Positions 10,543 through 23,200 of a DNA stretch of 52,616 bases are shown one piece after another. The position numbers and the translations under genes are program-made. The notes under the pieces were generated by a model. It was not told where the DNA came from. It saw only the letters and a program-made list of their open reading frames with translations, and did no database searches. The stretch covers positions 1 through 52,616 of the forward strand of contig NW_027368056.1 of the NCBI RefSeq assembly GCF_046119375.1, read 5' to 3'. Origin of the DNA: Phyllobates terribilis (Eukaryota). Numbering within the stretch: position 1 is the first letter of the stretch; each line of letters begins with the position of its first letter.

Positions 10543-11502
10543 GTGTAATTCTAGTTTATTTCATACAATGTTAAATAGGTCTAATATTAATACTATAAAT
10601 ATATTCATATAGGTCTAATCCTAATTTATTTTATACAATTTTAAATAAGTCTAATTATAATATTATAATTATCTATTTATTGTATACACAAACATCTATT
10701 TATATTATATAATATGCTCTCATATCAGATGATTAAGTGATATATATATCTTGTATGATATAGCTGTGAATAATTAGACGTTCCAAATATCTGAGACTCA
10801 AATATTATGTGTAATTCTAGTTTATTTCATACAATGTTAAATAGGTCTAATAATAATATTATAAATATATTCATGTAGGTCTGATTCTTATTTATTTTAT
10901 TCAATTTTAAATAGGTCTATATAAATATTATAATCATATATTTATTATGAAGATTGATCGGGTGCGAACTAATTTTTGACGCGGACTATTACAGTGCACC
11001 AGTATATTACTGGATAGTGCACTAGTATATTACTGGATAGTGCACCAGTGCACTACTACAAAGTGCACCAGTGTACTACCGTAGAGTGCACCTGGTAGTG
11101 CACTACTGTAAAGTGCACCAGTACACTATTGGGGGTGCACCTTAGTACACCGAGGAGTGCACCTTAGTACACCGAGAAGTGCACCAGTGCACTACTGGGA
11201 AGTGCACCTTAGTACAACGAGAAGTGCACTAGTTGTGCACCAGTAGTGCACTGAAAGAATGCACCAGCAGTACACTTGATAATGTACTTGAAGTGCACCA
11301 ATAATATGCTGAAAAGTGCAGAGTCCGCATAGTCCGCACCGAAAATCAGTCCGCACCGGAAACGTCTTCTATATATTATATACACGAACATCTATTTATA
11401 TTATATAATATACTCTCATATCAGATGATTAAGTGATATATATATCTTGTATGATATAGCTGTGAATAATTAGACGTTCCAAATATTTGAGACTCAAATA
11501 TT
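10543..11502. repeat. Tandem duplication of an approximately 266-bp AT-rich unit; second copy interrupted by a MITE
   Basis: Both units start GTGTAATTCTAGTTTATTTCATAC (10543 and 10809) and end GAGACTCAAATATT. Confidence 0.85.
10949..11369. mobile_element. Mutator-like MITE (421 bp) with an internal GTGCAC tandem array
   Basis: Imperfect TIRs of about 39 bp (GAAGA...GGTGCG.ACT.ATTTT...GCGGACT). 10-bp TSD TATTTATTAT/TATATATTAT (1 mismatch). The empty site is visible in the adjacent duplicate unit. Confidence 0.8.
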
Positions 11503-11513
11503 TCGATGATTGA

Positions 11514-11705
11514 ATTATCCATTGGGCCTATTCTTTTTGTTGGGATTAGGTGGATGCCACAAATAAGAATCTATTGATTTTGATTTTGATTATCAATTTT
11601 TTTAGATTGAGTATTATCCATTGGACCTATTATTTTTGTTGGGCTTAGGTAGATACCACAAATAAGAATTTATTGATTTTGATTATTAGTTTTTTTAGAT
11701 TGAGT
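11514..11705. repeat. Two tandem units of about 95-99 bp
   Basis: ATTATCCATTGG...TTTTTAGATTGAGT repeated at 11514 and 11613. Confidence 0.8.
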
Positions 11706-12367
11706 ATTAGATGTGGGCCTTTTACATAATTAGGGTATAATTAATGTGTATTAGGATCACATTTAGTGTTTTTTGCATCCCCTAAGATTATAGTATGCTA
11801 GCGATGACATGTCCGTGCTACGCACGGGCTATATTGTGTCATTCTTTTTTTTTAAAGGAAAATTACTTTTATTGAAGAGCTGTATGCTTCGCACGGGCTT
11901 GTGTTTGGGTTGTTGGATCTTTGTATAGGTGAAAAAATATAATTGAGGCGGCATTCTCCTTAGAAGTTAATAGAATAATTTGTTGCTTTAACATACAATG
12001 TGCATTGTCGGTCAGGCACATACTTGCAATTGAAACTTTTTTTATTATGTAACTTGTGTGACTATGTGTGATACTCCATGAATTATTGTACATTACATTA
12101 TTTTTTATTAGGTATGTAACTTTTCGTTGTTATTATTTGAGCCTATTTTTTTATAGTTTTAAATTCCATTTCATCCACTATATTAACTAACATCGTAAAA
12201 TGACAACAAAATATATACACATATTAAGAATTGAAGGTACTAGAAAAGGTGGAAGAAAACATGCAGAAGAATAAAAATTTATAGGAATAAATTGACATTA
12301 AGTTTGACTTCGGTTTGATATTGATCATCTTTTCCCAATTATAAAACCACTCAATTTTTTTATTCAT

Positions 12368-13095
12368 ATGTATAGATTCATGGTGATGGCCGCTCTTATG
12401 GGACTGCACGCGTGCATTCATTTATGTATTTATAGAGTGATAGAGGTTATGCTTTGACTTCTGCAAAGAAAGGTAGGAACATAAAAAGAGAAAAGGTTTA
12501 AGGCGGTTTTGAGAATGAGAATATTTAATTGTACTAAAGGATATGAAATGAATTACGTGGAGTCTTGGAATTCAAAGAGACATGAAGTTAAATTTAATTA
12601 ATTTGACAATTTATTTTCCATAATCAAGTAGAGGGTTAATACAATTTCTATTTTATTTGAGAGTTTTTCATTTTTCTTTCGCATTTATTTCAAAAATGAT
12701 CAATAATGAAAATAAGGGTATGTTGAGAAATATGCTTAAAAAACTCAACTTTATAAGGATTGTGATATGATATGATGTATAGATTCATGGTGATGGACTC
12801 TCTTATAGGATTGTATGTGTGTGTTCATTTATTTATTTATAGAGCAATGGAGGTGATGCTTTGACTTGTGCAAAGAAGGGTCAGAACATAGGAAGAGCAA
12901 ATGTTCAATGCGGTTTCAGAATAAGAAAGGATGGATAAGAAGTGAATTATGTGGACTCTTGAAATTCAAAGGGACATGAAGCTTAATTTACTTAATTTGA
13001 CTATTTATCTTTCCTAATTGAGTAGAAGGCTAATGCAATTTTCATTTTATGTGAGAGATTTTAGTTTTTCTTTCACACTTATTTCCAAAAAGATG
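12368..13095. repeat. Diverged tandem duplication, period about 407 bp
   Basis: ATGTATAGATTCATGGTGATGG starts at 12368 and 12775. Colinear similarity continues over about 320 bp. Confidence 0.8.
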
Positions 13096-13793
13096 AAAGG
13101 TTAAAAATGAACGATTTATTGGAGAGGAGAAATCCCTAGCATTGAGGGATAAGAGTGAAGCGATTCCCACATGCGGGTTGTCAAACTCGAGTTTCCCTAA
13201 AGGAAGAGAAAAGGAAAACGAAGTGAGGGAGTCAACTACAGAATTAGCTTCCTTAAAGACATAATAGAAACAGGTAGTCCAGTTCTTGCAGAGGAAGCCA
13301 TAACACTCATATATCAAGCTAGAAAATGGGTTATGTGTTATAAGTAAAAGTATTTTGAAATGCATGGGCTTCAATGTGCATGCCATTTCGTTTTTAAAGT
13401 GCATGTACATTTTACTTGTACATAAGAATTCAATTGAGAGTGTGTGTTTTATGTAGTGAGTGCATGTGAATTTCAAATAGCGTGCAAACTTTTTTAAGAA
13501 TGCATATTGTTTAACTTGTGAGTCTATGTTTTTTGGGTTGGATACATATCAAGTATTTTTTTTAAATGTCATGTAGTATATGATAATAAAGTAGTATCAA
13601 TTGATATAAATTAATTATTTTTCACAATAACTAAGAATTTAATGAATTATGCACATAATAGTCAAACAAAAAAAAAGAAATAAATGTAAAAACGTTTCAT
13701 TATAGTGTGTTCGATATGTATATCATAATAATCATGGATAAAGAACAAAGATGTTATTCAAAGAAATCATATACATGATATGCATTTTATGTA

Positions 13794-14265
13794 GAATAGG
13801 TTAATCGGGTGCGGACTAACTTTTTCGTGCGGACTGTGCGGACTATGGTAGTGCACCAGTATATTACTGGATAGTGCACCAATGCACTCCTAAAAAGTGC
13901 ATCAATGCACTACTATAGAGTGCACCTGGCAGTGTACTACTATAGAGTGCACCAGTAGTGTACTGAGGAGTGCACCAGTACACTACTGAGGAGTGCACCA
14001 GTAGTGTACTTAGGAGTGCACCGGTACACTACTGAGGAGTGCACCAATAATATACTAAGGAGTGCACCAGTGCACTATTGGGAAGTGCACCTTAGTACAC
14101 CGAGGAGTGCACCAGTACCCTATTGAGGAGTGCACTAGTAGTACACTGAAAGAGTGCACCAGTAGTACTATTGGTAGTGTATTGAGAGTGCACTAATAAT
14201 ATGCTGAAAAGTGCACCAGTTGTGATAGTCCGCACCGAAAATTAGTCTGCACCGGAAACGTCTTC
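13794..14265. mobile_element. Second copy of the GTGCAC-array MITE
   Basis: Same ends as 10949-11369 (AATCGGGTGCGGACTAAC... and ...CCGCACCGAAAATTAGTCTGCACCGGAAACGTCTTC) and a similar array. Left terminus degraded; no TSD found. Confidence 0.75.
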
Positions 14266-14565
14266 GCAAAATTGTTGAATATGTATAAAATAAAATTTAT
14301 GAATAAAAAAAAAGACAAGGATGTAATGATGATGCAACCTCATTGATATAAATACATATAAAAAATATAAATAATAGTCTTGACGAAAATAAATAATAAT
14401 TTTCTAAAAAGGTAATAACACTCTAAGTATTTATGTAATAGTTAGGGGATACTAAATTACTACATCAATCAATTCATAAAGATGTCAAAGAGAACAAATT
14501 TTTATAGTTTTGAATTTGAGTAGTATCGGATTCCAGTCGATTAGTCGAAAAACTTCTTCATGTAA

Positions 14566-17278
14566 CACTACTAGAAAACACCTTTTAGTGACGAAATTAA
14601 ATTCCGTCTCTAAATATGCTAAATAGCGATGGATTTCACGACGGATAGGGTACATGTTGCACATTCTTCTAAACTCGAGATTAGCGACGGATTTTCCGTC
14701 GTTGATCCGTCACTATTTTGGCGACACAAAGGGGTGCCTAGTTTTCAGGATTAGCGACGGAAAATTAGCCACCTAAATTTTAATGAAAATTAGCGACGAA
14801 TTCACTAATCCGTCGCAAAAAAGAGGGGACGTATTGAGATTTAGCGACGGACGTCCCAATTCCGTCGCTAATTAGGGGACGTATCGAGTTTAGCGAAGGA
14901 CATGAGACGTATCGAGTTTTAGCGACGGACGACCCTAGTCCGTTGCTAATGAGGATATAACGCGTTTTAGCGACGGACTTGGGCCGCCCATCGCTAAAAT
15001 AAAACCCGATTCCACTTTCTTTTCTTCGTTCTCTCAGTTCTTCAAACCGTTCTCTCATTTCTTCGTTCTCTCAGTTCTATTCTTCTTCGATCTTCCTTTC
15101 CTTCGAGCATCTCCTAGATCTATCTCCTCTTCGAGCTTCCTTCTTTTGAGCTTTCATGAACAAGTTCCGATGGGGAGAACGATGAGGATTTTGACTTCCT
15201 TCTTCCATCGAAATAGGTCATCGACCCGATGGAAACGATATAAAGAAGCTGTCCTCGAGCGCCCCAAGGCTCCAGGTTTGCCGTCTAATATTCTGTTTTT
15301 TCTTCTCACCTAATTCTATATTGTTTTTATTTATTTGATTGATTGGAATGGAGGTTGTCAAGTGAATTTTGCTTACTGTTTTAATGATTATTTTGTTGAG
15401 GAGTTGATAAGACGAACCAAAATGACAACAAAATCATTATTTAGCTTACATGTATGATCAATTTATTGTAATATGATTCTTTTTCATTCTTTAATCAACA
15501 AGGTATTGTCTTTGGTTAGAAAGATACAATGATAATGATGGTATATGAACTACAAAGTCAACTCCTTTCTTTCATTTTGAATTGCAAGATTTGGTGTATG
15601 TATTAAAATACACGAATCACTAAGTCATGCTCATGACAACTCTGCTATTTCTCGTCACCTCCACCCATTGTTATTTTCTTTGACAGCTATGCAGATCACA
15701 AGGCCATGGATCCAGAATAACAGACAATGCTTCTCGTCGTGGTTTATTCTTCCAATCCAGTAAAGGTATTGGTTTGGTGATGGTGGGGTTCTTATAGTCT
15801 AGGAGTTGTCTTCTAAACATAAGCCTAAATGAATGATTTGCAATTCATTATTGTGCATTTTTCTGCAGTTAAATTCCATTTAGCAGCTACACTGCCATTC
15901 AGGATCCGGTTCATTAAAAGGGGTTATGCATTACATTTTAGTAATGCATATATAAACCATTCAGGCACACGTATAATATCTATTGCACAAATCTGACAAA
16001 TATTTGTAGAACAAGCACAAACCTAGAAACATACACTCGATTACACTACATCATATTCTTGGATCCATGTGTCAGGTAAACTAACATTCTTTCCAATTTC
16101 CAAGATATCCTTCTTTGTTCAATATACTTGGATTTTGCTTACTGGGCTTTGGAAGGAAAAAAATCATTGTCAGTTTTTGGGTGTACTGTAGTAGCAATTA
16201 CATGTATAATTGGACAATACTTCATACTTGGTGGATATAGAAAGTGTGAAACTAGATTCTACCTCCTTTGTTATTCTGCATTCATGTTTTTTTTGTTGAT
16301 TTGTTGATCTTTTGCAACAACAAGTTGGAGTGTTCTTAGCTGTAGTCATATATATGCATAATCCTTGAAGCTTGATGGTTATAGTGCTTAGTGAGAGCAT
16401 TTACTGATTTGTATCCATATTGTAATTTTCTTGTGAAGTATTAACTTCGTACCGATAATACCATGTGTTCATACATTCTTTTTCCTGCCTATGAACTCAA
16501 TGTTGAATAGGAAGTAACACCATGGAAGCAAAGGGTGCAACAAACCCATTCAGAGAAAACAAAGGTGCAGTTCTAATGATTTGCAAGACATGCGGGAAAA
16601 AAAGATGACCATTGGACTTCAAGACGTCCTTACATGGATCTCTCAACTCCAACCAACACTTTTGTTGACAAGCCAGCAGATTCTACTACAACTTCTTCTA
16701 AAGGAGCCTATATTCCTCCATCACATATATAGGGGCATAGAAAGGCCCACAACGAGAGGCTAATTTACACAAGCTCTTTAGGCCGTTTGGATCTATTACT
16801 CGTGTGTTTGTCCCTATCGAATCATTTATACGAACTATGTTTGTAATGATTTGTATGTTTGTTTAAATGACAATGTTGGATTTTTCTTTTAATTGACAAT
16901 GTTGCATTCAAATCATTTGTACGGAATAACGACGGATGACGACGATGTTGAGATAGATGTGTGTCCAAATAAAGACGACTTTTGCGTCGGATTAGTGACG
17001 GACTGTCGTCGCCATTTTGCTCACACGTCGTTCGAGACTATTGGATTTGGTTATGGATTTCCGTCGCTAAATCCGTACCAAAGTGTGTCTCGTCGGAGTC
17101 GTCATTTGCGACAGACTTCCGTCGCCAAATCCACCGCTGATTTGGCGACGGACACCGGTTCCGTCGCAAAATATTTTTGCGACAAATTATACGAGACAGA
17201 AGCCGTCCGTCGCGAATTCGTTGCTAATTAAAGTTAGCGACGGATGCCATATGATTAGCGACAGATTTTATAGTAGTG
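14566..17278. mobile_element. Non-autonomous CACTA (En/Spm) transposon, 2713 bp
   Basis: TIRs CACTACTAGAAAA / TTTTATAGTAGTG (1 mismatch). 3-bp TSD TAA on both sides. Dense subterminal TAGCGACGGA/TCCGTCGCTA repeats at about 14590-15000 and 16905-17265. No transposase. Confidence 0.92.
15156..16750 (+). pseudogene. eIF3g: Captured eIF3 subunit G remnant inside the CACTA (2 exons and 1 intron, disrupted)
   Basis: Exon 15156-15275 gives MNKFRWGE/DEDFDFLLPSK*VI..DGNDIKK/VLERPKAPG. GT-AG intron 15276-16510. Exon from 16511 gives GSNTMEAKGATNPFRENKGAVLMICKTCGKK/DDHWTSRRPYMDLSTPTNTFVDKP...SKGAYIPPS. These match plant eIF3g motifs (KFRWGE, LLERPRAPG, GAVLMVCRTCxKKGDHWT, AYVPPS). The RRM is absent. 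Confidence 0.88.
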
Positions 17279-20218
17279 TAAGACCATGTTGGATTAGGGT
17301 CAAATCATGTGATATTCAGGTAGAGCGAACATACCGAGATTGTCAAAATCATCATTTTGATAATAAATTTATCACTAAACACTATTATCGTTGATCTTGT
17401 GCATAAAGTGCTAGTTATTTCTAATCACCTTCAAACAAACATATTAAAATGATGTAAGAATATTCACTTTAAGAGTTTATGTCTTTTGATCTTGAAAGTG
17501 CATGTGAAGTGAGTATTTACATATAAATTTTTACCTTGAAAATATATCTGGAACATTGTTTATGTAAATTATGATGTATTTTTTTACAGGTAAACAGAAG
17601 ACTTTCATAAAAAAAACTGAAGTCATATAAAAAGATGATTGTGAAAAAATCATGAACAAGTCCAGATGAGTTATGGAGACCTAAGAACTCATGTCGAGGA
17701 AGAGACAGATTCACAGTCGATACATCAGAATGAAGGAAAGCCCCCTAGCAAAGGGTATAAATATTAACTGTCTTGGACATAATAAAATTTGCATCTTTGT
17801 TAGCTTTTCGAAAGCAATGAGACAAATGCATTGGAGTGAATGATGAAAGGAGACTTCTAGCTTTAATGATCTTTTTAATTTTTCAAGACACTTTTCATGT
17901 ACCCTTCAATGTTGTGCATGTCTTCTTACTCTAAAGAATATGCAAGTTGACATTGTGTATGTGAATTCCATAAAATATACAATCCAAAACCAAAAATGGC
18001 AAATAACATGTATTTCTATTTTTTGTATCTAATATGATTTGTTTAACCGACACAACGATAAAATCATATTTTAGATTTTACCATTTATCTTGAATTATAT
18101 CTTATAAGATTTTCTGGCATATGCCCTTACTAGCCAAGTCGACGTGGCTCCACTGGTATGGGGTATTTCCTTCTTACTAGTTTACCCATGTTCAACTCCG
18201 ATGGGTGGCATCTCCAAATTAGTTAGAATGGGATCACCTTAAAGAAAAAATCTCGATGACAATGACAAAAATATCATTGTTTACATTTTACATCCTTAAT
18301 ATAAGGAGTTAACATGTATCTCATATATGCTCAACAAGAAAAACTAGAGATTATATTTGGATTTCATAATCATTATTCAAACTTTGAAATCTTAGTTTGA
18401 ATTTTCTCTTACTTCTCTCCAATAACGCATGATTGTGTTTAGAATTAAACACAAACATAAACACGGATTTAGATTGAAAAACTCTCCTTTTTATTTCTCT
18501 CATTTCAAAATTTTTCACCCCCTTTTACAAATGGGTTAGCAGATCTATATATAGGAAAAAGGGGAGGGTGTGCTTGTGAGATGCCCGAGACAAGTGTCGC
18601 GTACCCATGCTGCACGTTTTTTTAATTGTCCTTAGGCGTCGATCCTTGATTGGACCAAAAAGGGGTCTTGCTTCGATCATGTATCGCTGTAGTGTAGACC
18701 ACGTTAAGCAGGAGGTCAGTACGAACAAGGGGTCTACTCTGCCATGACAGCGATTGGCTTAATCTGTATTAACTTATCATTAAAGGAATAAATATCGGCT
18801 AACTGTGCTACTTTAGTATCGCGATCTATCAACACAAACAATCTATGTGTATGTAAACTAATTATTTATAAATACAAGTAAGCCTGGTTCACAAGCGAGT
18901 GTGATAAGTTTTTAAAGACCCCTACTAATGTTTAACATATATTGATAGAGTGATTTGAACTTCCCGAGTTGATAATAGAATCAAACATGATTTTCCTTTT
19001 ATACTCTCCATTTAAAAATTTGGTCACCAAATATGTGTGATATTAAGAGGCCAATAATAGAAATAATATATATTATTTATAATATAAGTTCAATAAGAAA
19101 ATAATTATTAGATACACCGGATGATATCTAGTGAATTAACTTGTATAAAGGATACAATGAACCATACCCTTGATCTAGTAATTTGACATTACTTTCTATT
19201 AAGTGTTTCTATTTAGAGGAGTTTGATTCCTTCTCAAGAAATGTCTACTTGCAAGATGACCAAACCCGTAAAAGTACAAATACGAATTACTCTTGCAAGT
19301 ATGAAAATATTTTTTCGTAATCTTACTGCCCTAATTCAAACTTATATTTATGAAATTGTTGAGTTTGAATTTTCTCATAAATGTATTGACTAGTTTGAAA
19401 ATTAGGGACTCGTACTCATCCATAATGATGCTATTGATAGATTTATTCTGATCGATAATTTGTTATAATTTCCCGTATCAGTAAAAAAAAACTTATATTT
19501 ATGAATATTTTCTTAATTTGATAAGTTATATTTTCTTACCTAAAATCGAGCAGGCACTCCAATGTGGGGCCGGTCTCCTTACTCCTTAGCCACCGAAGCA
19601 GCAAAGTCGGCTATTCTTTCGCCTCATTTCGCCTGTCACCTACGGAGTATAAAAGACCCCCGTTTCTTTAGGTTTCCTCTCTCTCTCATCATCCTCCTCT
19701 CTCTGTTCTGCCCGAAAAATAACGCTCCAATAGATTCCAGATTGTAAGACTTGATCCTTCTCTCTCCCTCAATCAAAACCAAGACTTCATCCCGCTGAGT
19801 TTTTATTCATGAAAATCAAACTGCTGTTGACATTATCTGTTGTGAATTGTTGTTCCAGGTCTGGAGTTGCCCATAGCATTAGACAACCATTTCTGGTGTT
19901 TATTCTGAGTAGTCATTCTTTGGTCCATCTTGTAACAGAAAACATTTCAATTTAGGTTCTGTATGTGTATCGATATTCATGAAAAAGACTTATGTAACTC
20001 CATACCTATATAGATATGCGACTTTGACGATTATTTGATCACATTTCATGAACCTCAGTGCTTTAGCCATTATTTAAACTGTGATTTATCTGCTTTATTT
20101 TCAACCTAGACCCAAATTTCGAATTTGATGGTAAATTTGCAGATATATTCAGCTAATTTGGAAAAAAGGAGAGGAGGTACTTCTGTTCGTTGCGTGAATC
20201 TATCTTTGTTGGATCATC

Positions 20219-23200
20219 ATGGAGAATATGGTACAACTTGAAGCACTTTGTGAAAGGCTGTACAACTGTCGTGATTCTGCTGAACGAGCTTTCCTAGAGA
20301 GTACTTTAAAGAATTTTTCTGTTGATCCAACTTGCATTGCACAATGCCAATACATACTAGGCCGTGCAGGCTCTCCTTATACCGTGTTGTTGGCTAGTTC
20401 AAGCTTGATGAAGCAAGTCACAGAGAACAAGCTCCCATCACATCTCAGGCTTCCGATTCGTAATTTTCTTGTTTGCTAATGGCGTAACTTTCTGATTAAG
20501 CAATTCCAAATATTCTATATGTATTATATTGACAAAAATCGCTTGATCATAGAACATACTCTTATCAAATTAATTGCAATGTAATATGGAAGTTTTCATC
20601 TTTGGACTTTAGGCTCTCTAAATATTGTCGTAGTCTGTATATAGTTGCCGTTATATTATTTCTGTTAAATTGCTGTACTTACTATTCTTTAACCTCTCTC
20701 GTGTATTTGAAGGTGATTGTCTTGTAAATTATCTGGCTTCTAGAGGGCGTAACTTGGAGTCTTTTGCAATGACATCATTAATTCAGCTACTCTGTCGTGT
20801 GACAAAGTTTAGCTGGTTGGATGATGACAGATTTAAAGAACTGGTAAAAATTTGTGCAAGTTTTCTTGATCAGGTAAGCTTCGCTCTGCATCTGGCCTTT
20901 TTTTCCGTGATATAGGTGCTATCAATTAAAGATACGCTGCTATTCGGTTCTTATAACTTGTATAATTACTATTAAAGATATGTTGCTTTTCGATTCTTTT
21001 TGGTTTGTTCTTTTCTAAATCATGATCCTTTGAGTTTCCATTGTAGGATATGCCCTATTATCAGGAGTAAGTCGCTGTTTTATTACGTCATTAATTTCTT
21101 GTGCGGTATTTCTCCTTATCTTTATGTGAACATACATAGACATCATTAATTCTATTTGTCGGTATGTGTGGACTTGCATCTTATCGCCTGTAGTACAGTT
21201 GTATATATTTCTGATGATTTTTTGGTTTGTCGTTTTCCGAACTATGATGCTCTAATATTTCCATTCAAGGATGATGGCTCGTAAGTTGGAATATGTTTTT
21301 ATGCTATTAATATTGTTTGCAGTAGTTTATTTTATTATGACCAGATACAGGCAGTGATGTCATCAAGTTTATTTACAGGAAACATTTCAGTATGAGATAG
21401 GACTGAAGATATTGAACCAGCTGACCACTGAGATGAATACAGTAAGCTTGAGAAATCTTATACCATATGCTCGAATCCTTTGAGTTGCATGACTAAGTAA
21501 TTCTGAAGTTATTTTATACTACATTCTCTTTGTATCTGATTCGAATTTACAATGATTTGTCAGCAAAATCCTGAATTGACCTTCATGCAACATCGAAAGG
21601 CTGCAATATCTTTCAAAGATGACTACCTGCTTCAAGTATTTGAAATGTCTCTCGCTTCGCTGTGTAAACTGAAAAGTGATGGTATGAATCTACCCGGACT
21701 TTTTTTTATCTTCTTTTATTCCTTTCTATGAAATTGCATGCTCTAGCTTATCTTTCTTGTTTGGATTCTAATTCTTATGCAAATTGTATATCAACTATCT
21801 TAATGATTGCAGCCCGAACAAAACTTCAAGAATTGGCTCTTTCACTTTCTCTAAGATGTCTGTCTTTTGATTTCACTGGAGCATCTTCTGATGAAACGTC
21901 AGATGAGATTGGTACTGTTCAGGTAAAAGTTTATCCTCTAATTTTACCTTTCTGAGTTAGTTTGAAGAAGATGTATGATCATTAATCACCTATACTTTGT
22001 TGATGCTGTAAGTTGAAAATGTTTTTGTGGTTTCACAGGTTCCGTCCTCCTGGAGACCAGTAATCGAGGAACTGTCAACAGTGCAGGTCTATTTTGACTA
22101 TTATGCAATGTCTAAACCTCCTCGTTCAAAACAGGTTAGCTTAATCTCTTTCAGTGTATTATGATAATCTGTAGATTTTCTTTTCTGATTTTTCCCTATC
22201 TATATACAGCAATAGCATGTTGAAATAAGTAAATTCAAATTTATCAACAGTTGATCTGGTCTTGCTCATCATGTGGAACCTAACTCATATAGGTTGAGAA
22301 AGCTAATTTATCTACAGATGAAGGTCAAAATAAGGTTTCTAACCTTGAGTTTACTAAAAAAAGTTGCATTATATTAATTCAGGCTCTAACCAAATCCTTC
22401 ATGCATGCCTTGTATTACTGTATATATTGAAGCTCTCTTTGGGTCATTGCTTCAGCTTATTCTCTGCTCAAAGAGGATATTATCATTTGCATAGTGACAT
22501 TTTAGTTGTTGCAAACCTTTGTTCTGACTTGCTTTTATTTTCAGGCTCTGGAATGTTTGGTGTGGCTTGCTTCTGTGAGAAGAACCTTGTTCACAACTGA
22601 CTCATCGCGCTTGAAATATCTGGCCGCATTGATGGCAGGGTCTAAGCAAATAATGGAAACAGGAAGAGGTTAAATGGATGATGATACTTATTTTTTCCCA
22701 TCTTTTCCAATTTCTATTAATGATATCCTACTTGTATAATATATCTATTTATTTGAATGCTTTGTAATGTAAGGATCTGATCGTTTAACCTCATTCAATC
22801 TCGACTTCACAGGAACAATATTAAAATAGTTAGAGGTCTGCTAGTTCCAAGTCTTTGCTTTTGCTGTACTTGGACTTTACACATGGCATTAATACCATCT
22901 TATTTCTATTTTGATTGTGGCAAGTTAAATTACGTAACTCTAGAAAGTTGACAGTCTTTATCCTTCAGATACAATTATGGATTTTTCGGGCATTCACTGA
23001 ATACCATCTTCAAAAGCTACAAGATCCTGGAAATAGTCAAACCTGGGAATCATTTTAGAGGATGTGTAACCTTTGTCTTCCATTTGTTGATTTTAGGTTT
23101 GGATGATCATGATAATTACAATGAGTTTTGTCGTCTCCTTGGACGTTTCAAAGTGCATTATCAGGTATGCCAGCATCATTCCTTTCCATTAAATTTAGCC

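Larger units (their letters stand above)
11798..14449 (-). mobile_element. Putative non-autonomous Helitron
   Basis: Minus-strand 3' end: hairpin CCGTGCGTAGCACGG (11813-11827) followed 11 nt later by CTAG (11798-11801). Candidate 5' end A|TCCCCTAA at 14449. The base flanking CTAG is not the canonical T, and the 5' end is tentative. Confidence 0.45.

Noticed and set aside
10990-11330. Regularly spaced repeats resembling a CRISPR array
   Set aside because: The units are short degenerate GTGCAC variants with no unique spacers. They sit inside TIRs and a TSD in plant DNA, and there are no cas genes.
14590-15000. Repeated TAGCGACGGA motifs and ORFs 14780-15058, 16893-17231 and 17083-17394
   Set aside because: These are CACTA subterminal repeats. 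The ORFs are by-products of the repeats.
18545-18620. Telomerase RNA or snRNA gene after a TATA box with a G-rich start
   Set aside because: No USE (TCCCACATCG) upstream, no CCCTAAA template, and a T7 run about 70 nt downstream of the TATA would end Pol III transcription.
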